From the human T2T-CHM13v2.0 reference genome, Homo sapiens: a DNA stretch of 64,000 nucleotides. A program made the position numbers and the translations under genes. Under the pieces are notes generated by a model. The model saw only the letters and a program-made list of their open reading frames with translations, had not been told where the DNA came from and ran no database searches. The stretch lies in NCBI RefSeq assembly GCF_009914755.1, contig NC_060937.1, one strand, 5' to 3'. This document shows positions 1 to 13,599 of this stretch, piece after piece; position 1 is the first letter of the stretch; every line of letters begins with the position of its first letter.

Positions 1-76
1 GTATCAATGTTTAGGCCCCACCCCAGATCAATGAAACCAAAATATCTAAGGCTGAGGCCAGGCACACTTTTTGTCT

Positions 77-77
<1 letters not shown>

Positions 78-111
<34 letters not shown>

Positions 112-118
112 TTTTTTT
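78..118. repeat. poly(T) tract
   Basis: ~31 consecutive T plus a short second run. Confidence 0.95.
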
Positions 119-669
119 AAAGTCCCCAAGAAATTCAAAAGTGTAGCCCAGGTTAAGAACCCCTATTAATGATAAACAGAAATTGACCCATGTCCGCTAA
201 AAAATGTATTAAGTAGGTTTCTTGTAGAGCAATATCAATGAGAAAAACTTTTAATATTCACAACCAGTATATTAAGCCTTGGAAAACATTAGCATTATTC
301 TCGGGGAAATAACTTTGGGACTACATAACAATGGTACAGATTCAAAGTTCTCTGAATTTACTCATCAAGTATAAAATAAAGCCTCTTAAAATATCCCATG
401 CTGCTATTATTTTACCAGCTTATACTGATAAACTATTTACAGTTTACAAAGCGTTTTATCTAAATTCTCTGCTTTTCACAAAAACCCTGATCAGGTAGGG
501 CAAGTATAATTATCACCACCTCTAACAGATGGAGAAATTAGGTCTCAAAGCTATTTAAACGGCTTGCCTACAGTCATTCAGCTGGTAAAAACCTAAGCTG
601 AAAATAAAATCTAGGTCTTTTGACTCCTAGCCAAATATTCTATCCTGGGACACTTAGCCCAAAACAAAC

Positions 670-794
670 CTCTGTTCTGGTTCCAGTCATGGGCATCACC
701 AAGTTGATTAACATTATACCTGTACCCATCTTGATGGTGAAAATAGTCATCAGTGCTGAACACAATGCCATCACGATTCTGACCAAGCAGAATT
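670..794 (-). CDS. N4BP2L2: N4BP2L2 coding exon 3 (125 nt; (R)ILLGQNRDGIVFSTDDYF...HDWNQNR), part of the N4BP2-like P-loop kinase domain
   Basis: Acceptor TAACAG at 800-795; donor G|GTTTGT at 669. Phase 2 join CG+A=Arg continues exon 2 in frame; FSTDDYF motif typical of N4BP2/CNPase-type PNK domains. Confidence 0.93.
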
Positions 795-1009
795 CTGTTA
801 ATAAAAGAAATCATAAAGGTGCCATTTACAAAATCTATAACCATCAGAAATAAACCATCAGAAATAAATATAACCAAGTGAAATAAATCACACAGGAAAG
901 GTTATTAAATGGATTTCTGATACTTACCTGAAAGTATATCATGAACAGACCAGCACAAGAGCTGAATAATCTTACAAAGATTTCAGATTTCAAATCACTT
1001 TACACTTAA

Positions 1010-1332
<323 letters not shown>

Positions 1333-2132
1333 ATAACAAAAACTTTTTGAAGCAGCATTTGTATTGCAACTTTTTAAAACATTATTTACCCAATCTCAAA
1401 ATTATATCAACTATTATCCATGTTTTCACTTTAGTATATTTTTATTTGCCTCAATCTAGTGCAACAGGTAACCTAAAAAGCAAGTAAGCCTAAGCAAGCA
1501 ATTCATTTAGAAAAAACCATATGTGACTCTAGACAGCTTTAATAAACTCATTTCCATGAAGCATATATGATCCTCTAGTGAAAGTCGGAAATAGTTGGAG
1601 GCTTAAGGTTATGGAACAATCTGTGATCCTCCAAAGTATAATCAAACTTTAAATTTTTAAGAACTTAAGTCGTTAAATGAAATTATTAAACACTAAATAA
1701 AAAACTCTCAGTTCAGGTCAATGATAATCAAGCTTTGTTTTGAAAACGATACTGCCTTAAATTGACAAGTACAGCAAGATTAACAAGTACTCAGAACTCT
1801 CATTACCAATGACTCATGAAAGAAATTGGGAGTGTGCTATGATAGGGAAAATGCAGCAAGATAATGATTTGGATCCAAGAACAACAACGAGAGTATTTTG
1901 TTGTTTCTCTCCTCTCCTTGAACCATTAGGCATTTGGATATCACTGTATAATTTTGAGGGGATTGGTGGGATGGAAGGTGGTATATTAATAGAAGGAATT
2001 GAGAGTAAAAGAATATTGGCCTGGAATGATTCAAGCTTACTTACCTCTCACTAAAAAAATAGTAGGAAGGGTTTAAACTATTAAGATGACAAGTGTCATC
2101 TCTCCATCCCTCAGCTTATAATGGTATCATAT

Positions 2133-2453
2133 ACAGTTCTCTCCCTCAATATCCATGGGAGATTGGTTCCAGGACCACACTTGCTGCTCAAGCCCTTGAT
2201 ATAAAAATGGCTGTTTGCATATAAACTATGCACATCCTCCCATACACTTTAACTCATCTCTGGATTATTTATAATACCTAATACTCTACAATGTGAATAT
2301 TATGTAAATAGTTGTTATACTGTATTGTTTAGGAAATAACAAGGAAAAAAGTCTGTACATTTCAATACAGATGCAATATTTTTTCTCAAATACTTTCAGT
2401 CCAAAGTTCGTTGAATTCACTGATGTGGAATCAACAAATATGGAGGGCCAGTG
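2133..2453 (+). mobile_element. MER2 (Tigger-family DNA transposon)
   Basis: tatccatgggagattggttccaggacc ... tggagggccagtg matches MER2 ends and body. Confidence 0.85.
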
Positions 2454-2501
2454 GTGTATTTTATAAAATCACTTGTATCAAAAGAAAACAATTTAAGTAT
2501 G

Positions 2502-2583
2502 TATAGGTTGGTGTGAACGTAATTGCAGTTTTTGCCATTAAAATGCCAATTAAAAACTGTGATTACTTTTGCACAAACCTCTA
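2502..2583. mobile_element. MADE1 (Hsmar1-derived MITE)
   Basis: ~80-bp imperfect palindrome taggttggtg..gtaattgcagtttttgccatt ... attacttttgcacaaacct. Confidence 0.88.
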
Positions 2584-2898
2584 TTTCCACTTACAGAATT
2601 ACAGTTCAAATCACTTCAGACAAACCAAATGTAAATTAATGGGTTGGGTTGTGTGTTTGCTTTTTGGGAGACTGGAGTTGGATTTCTTTTTCAAGCAGCC
2701 ATGATTTATCCAAAACATGTCTATCTGACATATTTGGCATCTTACTGCTTATACAGATAACCTAGAATATGAAAATGCCATGATATTAGCATTCTAAAGC
2801 AAAACTCAATCACCCAAAAAGAGATTTTGATTGTAACTGATCATGTGACATCTAATTATGTTCAACAGTACCAGAAATCCAGATAACACCTTGTCTAG

Positions 2899-3286
<388 letters not shown>

Positions 3287-4009
3287 ACAGGTGATTTTTA
3301 AGATGTTAATAATATCATTCTACATGACAATCATATTTTTTGTATCTAAAAAACGGTTTAAATTTTCTCAAAATAAAAGGTGGGGGAGCAATACACCAAT
3401 TTATATCATTAAAACAAGTCAACAATACATATGAACAAATCTCTATAAAGAACATTTTCTTAAATATATAAATCATAACTATAGTAAATAAGTTTAACTT
3501 AAAAAGACTTTTCCTCCCAGGCAGCATAGACTGTTTATGCATATTTTTCAAATTCCGTGAATTACTTCAAACCATGAAGCTTTATTTTATGGACTTAAAA
3601 AAACACCTATATGAATCTAGGAATATCTGAATGTCTTATCAAGCCTCTAAAGCAAAAATAAATTATTTAAGAACATCAGTATTTTCAAAATTCTTAGACT
3701 GTCAGAACTCTCAAGTCAGGTACTAAAATGGATTCTCAGAATGTCAAAATTTAGAAATGTGAGTAAGTCAAATATCTAATTTAAAAAAATCAAATCTGGG
3801 CTCATTGGCCACTTGATTTCTATTTTTTCAAAACAATAGCTATCTTTTTGAGAGCCTATTTTATGTCAAACATTTTACATAAATCTATGACCTCATTTAA
3901 TCCTCATAAAAGCCTGCCAATTTGATAATAAACTAATCCAGGAGAAGAAATAATTTTGGCAAGTTAGATGGTAGTGGGAGAACTAAGATAAAGCACCTCC
4001 TTGACCCCA

Positions 4010-4575
4010 AAACCAAAGGCCTCCAATGATCCCTGCCTCCTGGTACTCACAACCTTGCATCCTCTTATCCTGCAGTATGCTTGGATTTAGTCCCTAGCTT
4101 CTAAGGAACAGAATATGATACAGGTGATGGGATGTCACTTTGGAGATTACTAAAAAAAAAAAAAAAAAAAAGTAGCTTCTGTCTTAGACTTGAGCTTGCA
4201 TGCTTTCTCTTTCACTTTGAAAGAAATCAGCTGTCTTGTGAATGGACAGAGGCCAAGTAGCAAAGAAATGAGAGAAGCCTCCAGTCTCTAGCCAGCAAGG
4301 AACTGAAGTCTTCAATCCAACATAGCTCACAAGGAACTCAGTCCTGTCAACAATCTTGAGAGAGCTCTTAGAACCAGATCCTTCCCAAATCAAGCCTTCA
4401 GACCAGAAACAGTCCTAGCCAACATCTTGATCACAGCATTCTTAGAGACACTGAACCAAAGGCACCCAGGTAACTATAACCAGAGTCCAGACCTACAGAA
4501 ACTACGAGGCAATATATGTTTGTTGCTTTAAACAACTAAGTTTTAGGGTAACCTGTTATACAGCCTTGAGTAATC
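4010..4575 (+). mobile_element. MLT1 (MaLR) LTR relic
   Basis: ccaatgatccctgcctcctggt, gccagcaaggaactgaag, tgttgctttaa...ctaagtttt...tgttatacagc motifs. Confidence 0.7.
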
Positions 4576-4999
4576 AATGTACTCTATACTTATAATTTCT
4601 CACGTAAGAAACAAGTAAACCAAGAGAATCTGTTCCCAAAACAAGGCCTACAAGAGAGTCCATTTTCATGGTTTGGTTTTTAAATTTCTAAGAACTGAGC
4701 ATTACTTTAATACTTTCATGTGCATTTACAAGTGATTTTCAAGAAAAATACAAAATCTAAGTAAAACTGACACATCATGAACACTTTTCCTCCTTATCTA
4801 CTGAGTGCCTTTATATACTTCCTATCCTGAGACTACTTTACTGGGGTAATTCAATCTCTAAACACTCCCTGAATTAAGAATCAAGGGACCTATATGAAGA
4901 AAGACAAGTCTTTCCTCTGGAGTTAAGGAGACCTACCTCCTTCAAAAGAAGGGAGAAAAAAAAGTCTCCTCCCATCTCTCTCTAAACTACGGTAAGTAT

Positions 5000-5480
5000 A
5001 TTCATTTCTGTAACTTCTATAACACCACAAACGTAAAACAACAGGAATTTATCTTACAGTTCTGAAGGTCAGTAGTCCAAAATCAGTTTCACTGAGCTAA
5101 AAACAAAGTGTGTGCAGACGTGTGTTCCTTCTGGAGGCTCTACAGAATATGTTTCCTTGCCTTTTCCAGCTTCTAAAGGTTAGCTGCACACCTGGGCTTA
5201 TGGGATGTTCCATCATCTTCAAAACCAGCAGTGCAGCATCTTCTCTCTTGACCTTTGCTTTTGGTCTTAACCCTTCTCTGACTAATTCCTCCTGCCTCCC
5301 TCTTATTAGGAACCTTTGTGATCACACTGGGCCAATCCAGTTATCCAGGACAGCCTCCCCATTGCAAGATCCTTAATCAAATTTGCAAAATCCAATTTAC
5401 CATCTAACGCAACATATGCACAGGTTTTAGGGATTAAAACATGAGTATCTTTGGAGGGGTACATTATTCAGCCTACCATT
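5000..5480 (-). mobile_element. MLT1 (C/D-like) LTR relic
   Basis: acagttctgaaggtcag..ttccttctggaggctct..ttttccagcttcta..attattcagcctacca. Confidence 0.75.
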
Positions 5481-5779
5481 GCAAATATCCACAATAATCT
5501 GTAAAACAGATGATAACAACAAAAAACTAATTTCTTAAATTCCCTCACTTTTCATTTATTAGGGGGTAAGAAAGATCCCACTGTTTTACTCATTCTCTCA
5601 AATTACTTTTAAAAACCTCTATTTTCTTCCAGTTTCCTTGCTGGTTTTGTTTTTACTCTTAGTCCTTTATCCATCTAGAAGTTATTTTTGTGAATGATTT
5701 AAGATAGGGGCTTTAAATATTTTTCCAGACTGACAATCAAATATCCTATTACCATGTATTGAATATTTTGCCCTACTAA

Positions 5780-6289
<510 letters not shown>

Positions 6290-6780
6290 TGTTTCTGGGT
6301 TCTCTAATTTTATCTATTTGTTCTTTTGCTAATAATTGCAAAATTTTAACTATAGTAGTTTCTAAATTTTAATAGCTGGTGGGATAAGTCTCGTTTTTTT
6401 AAACTGTCCTTGTTATAGTTACATACCAAACAAACTTTATAGGCTTCTCAAATTCATACAAAAATTCCTTTGGGATTTTGGTTAAAGTTTCACTGAATTT
6501 ATAAATCAATTAGGGGGAAAAGTGACATCTTTATCGGGCTATCCTACCCATAAACACCCTATGGGCCAAAACTATGGCCAAGGCTATTATGGCCTACTGT
6601 CTCTCTCTCTCAGAATATCATCCGACATCTTGAATACTTACAATGTTAGAGACATGCTGATTGAGATGTGGGCAAAGACCAAATTAAGTAAGAAGGGGAC
6701 TTGAACACTACCTCCAAAGAATATGAATTCTATCCAACTGCCTACACTCATTACCACATACCAAACATAAGCATTACTAA

Positions 6781-7004
6781 TTTTTTTTTTTTTTTTTTTT
6801 TTTTGAGACAGGGTCTCAATCTGTCACCCAGGCTAGAAAGCAATGGCACGATCATGGCTCACTGTAGCCTCGGCAGCTCAGCCTCCCAAGTAGCTGGGAT
6901 ACCCAGGTTATCTAGGCTGGTCTTGAATTCCTGGGCTCAAACAATCTGCCTGCCTTGGCCTCCCAAAGTGCTGGGTTTTCAGGTGTGAGCCATCATGCCC
7001 AGCC
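6781..7004 (-). mobile_element. Internally deleted AluJ-like element
   Basis: poly-T, Alu 3' and 5' ends with central gaps. Confidence 0.85.
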
Positions 7005-8835
7005 AGTCTTTTAATTTGGTCCTCCAATCAGCTCAACTCTGATCTACCAATTTTCACTCTATTATTTTGTCAAAGCTTGTTTTGAATGTGAACTCCTATA
7101 TGAAGCCATTCCTCACCAAAGAATATATGACTTTATATCTAATTCCAAATAACCAACACCAGTTCACTCAAAACGTGTTGACCTAAAGAGGTACAGACCA
7201 GGATCCTTGAAGTCAGGAGTCACGTATAAGACTACACAACCATTAAGCATTACAGTGAAGGCAAGGGAAAAACATACTATAATTTTATTGCTAGTTTGAG
7301 CTCTTACTAGTTTTTGTAACTTCCAAATCACTTAACCTCAACTTCCTTTAGCCTCTGCTCCTTCTATAAAATGAAAAAACAACCCATTGCACAAGATTTT
7401 TATATATGAAAATACTCTGTAAATTGTGAATCATAATACGAATGGTACTTGTTGGTACTACATACAACTTTCATTCTTATATATCTATTTTTCAAATAAA
7501 TATACATATTATATCTAATCACCTCTACCATCTCCCACTACAATGTCTCCTTTAAATTCTATCGAATTTCCACTACTTTATTCACCTTTAATTTCAACAT
7601 ACTCCAATATGTTGTCTCAAATCTAACTTTTCTTCCTTAGGTTTCTTCTATACCCACTCTTAGTCAAGTGGTCCTAACTAGCAGACTCTTTTATCCAGTT
7701 TCCAAATTTCAGTTATTTATTGTCTCTGATGGTATATCCCAAATCTAGAAGACAGCCCATGTTTGTGAGACCTCACTCCTAACTTCTATTATTATAGAGG
7801 TGAAATTTCATCTTCTCTACAAAATCCTCACTAAAGTAAAAGGAATCAAAATACAAAGACCAAAATTTAATTCTGGAATGAATTAATTCATTCACAAAGA
7901 TCACAGTTTATAATCTAGCTTGAAATATCACAAATTAAATCTTTCTCTAGTGTCTTTTCTCTGAAAAAGATGTTTATTTAGGTTTAGATTGTCTTGTTAG
8001 TAATATAAAACATTTGCAAAATGGTTTCTTGGACCTCTCCATCCTCACCCAAAGATATCAACAAATTTTCTTTTTCTCCTTGTCCGGCACAAATCTTGAA
8101 TCATCTTATATAAACTCAAGATAATTTGTACTGCTTTCTTTACACTATTTTTTCACAACTGCATAAACATATTCAAGTGCATCAATAGTTTAAAAATGTA
8201 AACAAAAAAAGGAATTTGAAATATCTTGTAATACAATAAACCACCAACAGTTCTAACACCAATTCAGATATTACTCACTTCAAACTCCTGAATTTTAAGA
8301 AATCAAAAAAGGGTTCCTTCTGCCAATCAATGGTATGAACATGGCACAGTGCTCAACACATTCAAAATTCCTTTCCTTGGGTCATCTCATTTGATTCCCA
8401 ATTCCAGAAAAAGTAAGTATCATTTATTCCATTAACAGAGAGCAAAACTTGCCCAAGGTGAAAAAGGGAAATAACTGAGTCAATACCCAAATTTTCTCTT
8501 TTTCTCACCTCCAACTGAACTTGAAAAACTCAAATTTTCTAACACTGAGTCCAACTTTCCTTGAACAGCTGACTCAAAAGGGTAGGCCAGGACAGTTCTC
8601 AAGTAGCATTTGCTTTCATCACTGCCATAATTATACGTAGTGTTATCTATTTTTAAAGCCCTTAGCAGAATCTAAATATAAACATATGCCAATTCTCCTT
8701 TCTTCTATCAGAAAAGATTTTTAAATAGTTACACTGTCAGATGCTATTCTCAAGTGTAGCAAATTAAAGATTTTCTTCTACTAGAAACATAAAAGCACTT
8801 GTCAGTGATTACAAGTATCATTATAGTTCTAACAT

Positions 8836-8967
8836 TTTTATTTCATTTTTTAGAGACAGGGTCTCACTATGTTGCCCAGGCTGGTCTCAAACTCCTGAGC
8901 TCAAGTGACTGGTCCACCCTGGCCTCCCAAAGTGTTGGGATTACATGCATGAGTCACTGCAGCCGGC
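8836..8967 (-). mobile_element. FLAM / Alu left monomer
   Basis: gagacagggtctcactatgttgcccaggctggtctcaaactcctg...cccaaagtg. Confidence 0.88.
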
Positions 8968-9033
8968 GACAAATATCATTTATAATTTTTAAATAATGAA
9001 TTACCAAGTATTCAGTTGGTATCCTTTACTTAC

Positions 9034-10292
9034 CGAGACAATGTTGTTTTCCCAGAACCAGGCAGACCTCTTAAAAGAATAAGTAACTTCTGCAATTTAT
9101 TTAACTTTTCCTCTTGAAACTGCTGGTTCACAAACCTGTCTGTTCCATTATGCTTGTCCATACAATGATCTTTCCAGCATCTTTCTCTGACTTCACAGAA
9201 ACCATTACTCACATATCGATCTTGCATACTGCAGCCATTTCCAGAGGGATGAACACTACTCCTATTCTCACTACAGTCAGTATATTCATTGTTCTGATCA
9301 AAAGTCATGCAATTCCAGTTAACATGACAATTATTTACATAATATCCATTTTGTATCTGAGAGTCATCTTGGGCTTGGAAAATATTTGATGGTGGATTTG
9401 GTGGACCACTGAATCTCTGAATGTTTAAATGATAGTTCAAACTGGGAAGAGGGGGACCATAGGGCACTATAAAAGGATATACTGACTGCCATTCAGGCCT
9501 GAAAGAAGTAAATGAAGTGTCACAAAATGTAGGTATTACTTGTCCATTACAGGGATATTTGTCTGGCTCATTCCCCAAGTTCTGCTGATAATCACAATGT
9601 GATGGCATAGCTTTATTACTAAGATCTTTCTTTTCTTCATCAGGTTTTAAGAGACCATTATTATGACCCTCATAAAATGGAACAAATTGTTCCTGAGAAG
9701 GTTCAGATTCTTTACAACTGTTCTCAAAACCATCTTTTTCCTTTTCAAGCTCTTCAATTTCTTTGTAAAACTGGAATAATTCATTGTCAATCTCTGATTT
9801 TTCAGAGTTAAATTTCTGTTTCTCTTTTTGTCCTCCTCTGTCATTTATACCATTTAGAACATGTGCCTCATTCCTCCCTTCATTACGTTTCTTTTTCTCA
9901 GGGGGTTTGTAAATGGGTCCTATAAATGCTTTACTTGTGCTATATATCTCATCGTCTGCGGATACTAATGGAGGACGTGCTTCCTGTAAAACCTGTGAAT
10001 CAATGGATTCAATAACATCTGGTCTATTACCAGGCATCTCATCATGCAAAGGTCTATGCAAATCTGTAGTTTTGATTTTGTTCTCCTGCAAATAACTATG
10101 TCCTCTGACATCAATGATGGTCACAGGGACCCAATCATTTCCAGTTTTCTCTTGGATTCTGTGAAAATCAGCATTACTATGATTGTGAAAAACATACGAC
10201 TCTGTGGTTGACTTCAATTTTTTACAGCGTGGCTCACTCGTTACTTCTTCTCTAGGTCCCAAGAATTTACCTTCAATTTCACCATAAGACAT
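9034..10292 (-). CDS. N4BP2L2: N4BP2L2 coding exon 2 (1259 nt), MSYGEIEGKF...LLRGLPGSGKTTLS(R)
   Basis: Longest non-repeat ORF. Acceptor CAG immediately before ATG (10292-10290); donor CG|GTAAGT at 9033; Walker A GLPGSGKT at exon end; sequence recognised as NEDD4-binding protein 2-like 2. Confidence 0.95.
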
Positions 10293-11055
10293 CTGAGAAA
10301 TAAATAAATCATACAATTACTAGCTAATATATTAAAAATCTAAATAAAATTTTCTTCAAAAACAAGAAATTAGACAAAGACATTTAAATTTGTGATATAT
10401 TTAATGGTAACAATTTCCCAAAATACCAGTCACTTTCATAACCACTTATTATTTAAGTACAGTCACAACATGGTGGTTTATGGGAGGGATCTCGTTGAAT
10501 ATCCTTTTTGAAAAATATATATATATGTATATATACATATATATCTCTCTCAACTTTAAACGATCCATTTCTGAATTTAGAAGACCTAAAAGATTTAAGT
10601 ATGTCTGTAAAGTTGAATCAGTAATATATATTTTTATGATATAGATACACAATTGTGTATTTAAAAGGAGAGTGAAACCGCCAACACCAAATTAACACAT
10701 ACTCAAAATGGCTGTGATACACTGCATCCTAAGCTTTCCTTACTTAAAACCACTGTGTTTTTGAGAGTAAATAGCTCCAATTCTCTCCCAAACCTCAGAC
10801 AACCAATCTCCTTAGCATCCAAATGTTAGATTAACTGAAGTGCCAGTCTTTGGAGACCCTTAACTGTGAGTAGTTAGCATAAAAGAGGTTCCTAAATGGG
10901 TATAGTGTGTTCATTTAAAAGGGGGGAAGAGATAACTTAAGTTGTAATGATGATAACGGAAATTTGTATAATAAAGAAATCTGGCAACTCCCAAAGTTCA
11001 AAGCGTTCATCTTTTCCGAATAATCTATCACGAAGATAAAATTTGCTTCCCTTTA

Positions 11056-11335
11056 GGCCTGGCAGAGTGGTTCAAGCCTGTAATCCCAGCACTTGGGAGG
11101 CTGAGGCGGGCGGATTGCTGCTTAGGAGTTCGAGACCAGCCTGGCAACATGGCCTAACTCCGTCTCTTAACAAAAATACAATAAATTAGCCGGGCATGGG
11201 GGCGCGCACTTGTGGTCCCAGCTACTCGGGAGGCTGCGGTGGGAGGATCGCTTGAACCCGGGGGGGGCGGAGGTTGTGGTGAGCCGAGATGGCGCCACTG
11301 CACTCCGCCTGGGCGACAGAGGGAGACCCCGTCTT
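11056..11335 (+). mobile_element. AluJ-like, CpG-rich, followed by a G12 run instead of an A tail
   Basis: gggaggatcgcttga J-type motif; many intact CpGs in right arm. Confidence 0.88.
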
Positions 11336-11499
11336 GGGGGGGGGGGGCGGTTACTTCCCCTGAAATGCCTTAGGGACCTCAAAGTACAGCCCAGAGGCCT
11401 ATTCCACCCAATTCTTCGTTGTGCCACTCTCTGGTGTTCCTAACACGAGAGAAAGAGAAATGGACAAAAAGGCGAACTACAGAATGATGCAAGCAGGCC

Positions 11500-12600
11500 A
11501 CAGAGCTGGAGGAAGACAACTGCGGAGAACGCCAAAAGGCCTCCTCTCGGTTTCTCCTTTCCTCATTCGAAATGTGTCAGAAAAGTCCCGAAGAAAAGCA
11601 ACCGGGTTGCGTTAATAAACCGCGTGATCTATACACTATCCGAGCCCCATGCCTCCAGACTTCCAGAGTGAGCGACCCGGGCAAAAGTGCGTCACCCAGC
11701 TTTTTTGTCCCAGTGCAGACACGCTCAGGTCCTGTCCAGGAATTCTGGAGGTCTCTGAGGCGCAAAAGTTCACACAGAGCTTACGTCTACGTTTACAGCT
11801 AATCTAAACAGTCCAGTCAAGAAGTGAAAGCGAAAAACACCACCACCGCCCCACCCTCACCTAAAACGGGGTGTCTACTCACCTTACTCTACCCCTACGC
11901 ATTGACCTTTACCTCCCAATAAAACCTTCTTTTAGGAAGACACGAACCTCTGTGAAGGTGAAAGAAAAGCGGAGACAGCACTAAAGCCGAGGTCTGGAGG
12001 GACTAAAAGCCCACCTCTCAGAATCGCGGTAACAAACCTCACCTCCGTACGCAAGATGGCGGTCACCTCTCGGTTACCCAGGCCAAAACTAGGCGTTTGC
12101 GCCAGGCATTGTGGGAATTGAAGTCCGACGTTCACACCGGCTCCGTAAACCTCACGGCACGGAGACTAGGTCTCCCAGAATCCATGGCGTGACAAACGCA
12201 GTAATTTGGCAACAAAAGTAGACCGGAATTAGTTCCTAGATCTGGAGCAGGGAAGTTATCTAAAAACACCAACTTTCGTTAAAAGAAAGCAGCGACCTCC
12301 TCTGGCGTTCACCCCCGAAGGAAAAAGGAATTTGAGAAACTGGCGCCCCCCAATAGATGTATAATCGGCTCTCAGTGCATGCTTCTTAGAGCTTTCTAGA
12401 AGACAACCAGCTGACTTTTCCAACGGAACTCCACAGTTGGTACCACAAATTTGCATTCCGGTCGTTTCTACGAAAGACCACCTGACGTAATTTTAGGCTC
12501 ATGCTTTTCTGTGGAAGGACAGAATTACTGCGGCGCAGGTCCCCAATAACAGATAAAAATACTTATGAACAAAATCGTTTAGTGTCAGGTCGCTGTTTTG
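11500..12600 (-). promoter_or_regulatory. N4BP2L2 CpG-rich promoter
   Basis: CpG enrichment; YY1 12053-12062; ZNF143-like sites 12106-12124 and 12165-12183; octamer ATTTGCAT 12449-12456; CRE-like TGACGTAA 12483-12490. Confidence 0.8.
11883..12070 (-). other. N4BP2L2: N4BP2L2 first exon (5' end approximate)
   Basis: Consensus donor AAG|GTGAGT at 11882 (alternative TAG|GTGAGG at 11860), in a CpG-rich region with YY1 motif CCGCCATCTT at 12062-12053. TSS not directly visible. Confidence 0.7.
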
Positions 12601-13205
12601 TTTTGTTTTTGGAAATACAGACCAATCACTGAGCTTTCCCATTAAAAGAGTCAATACGTGCAAAGCAAGTAGAACAGCGAGCTCCTGGTAAGAATAAGCG
12701 CTATGTAAGTGTTTGTTGCATTAAAAATAAATACAAACCAAACAACTGGCAGTCCTCAACTGAGGGCTCCTTTTCTCTTCCCACCACCTCTCCAACCCCT
12801 CCTCCCTCCATTGGTTCCCCATCCCCCATAATTTCAGGTCCTTGCAAGGAAAACTTACCATCTCTTCATATTTAAATAATTCTTTCTATGGATATGTACC
12901 CTTTTCCATCCCCAACGTGATAACAATTTCATTTGTTGTTAAAGTTACAGTCTGGAATATATACATTTGATTATTTAACTAACAGCCTTGTGATCAAGAG
13001 TGTTCACCAAAGCAACCCATCTTCTCAGAAAGAAATCTATCTCAAATACAGATTTCTACTACGACCTTTGTCTCCTCATAATTAAACTCATGCATCCTAC
13101 TTTGAAACAACCACATTTACGTGAGGTTGTGGCGTTCTCAGTGTGTTACATCCGCAGGCACACTATACTAATTATAAGATAATATTAATCTTTGTCACCC
13201 CATCA

Positions 13206-13599
<394 letters not shown>

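Noticed and set aside
839-866. 14-bp tandem repeat aaccatcagaaata near the exon-3 branch region
   Set aside because: Ordinary slippage duplication; no function supportable.
10293-10316. N-terminal extension MYDLFISQ of the 428-aa ORF
   Set aside because: Intronic pyrimidine tract/acceptor with a TTG start; the real start is 10292.
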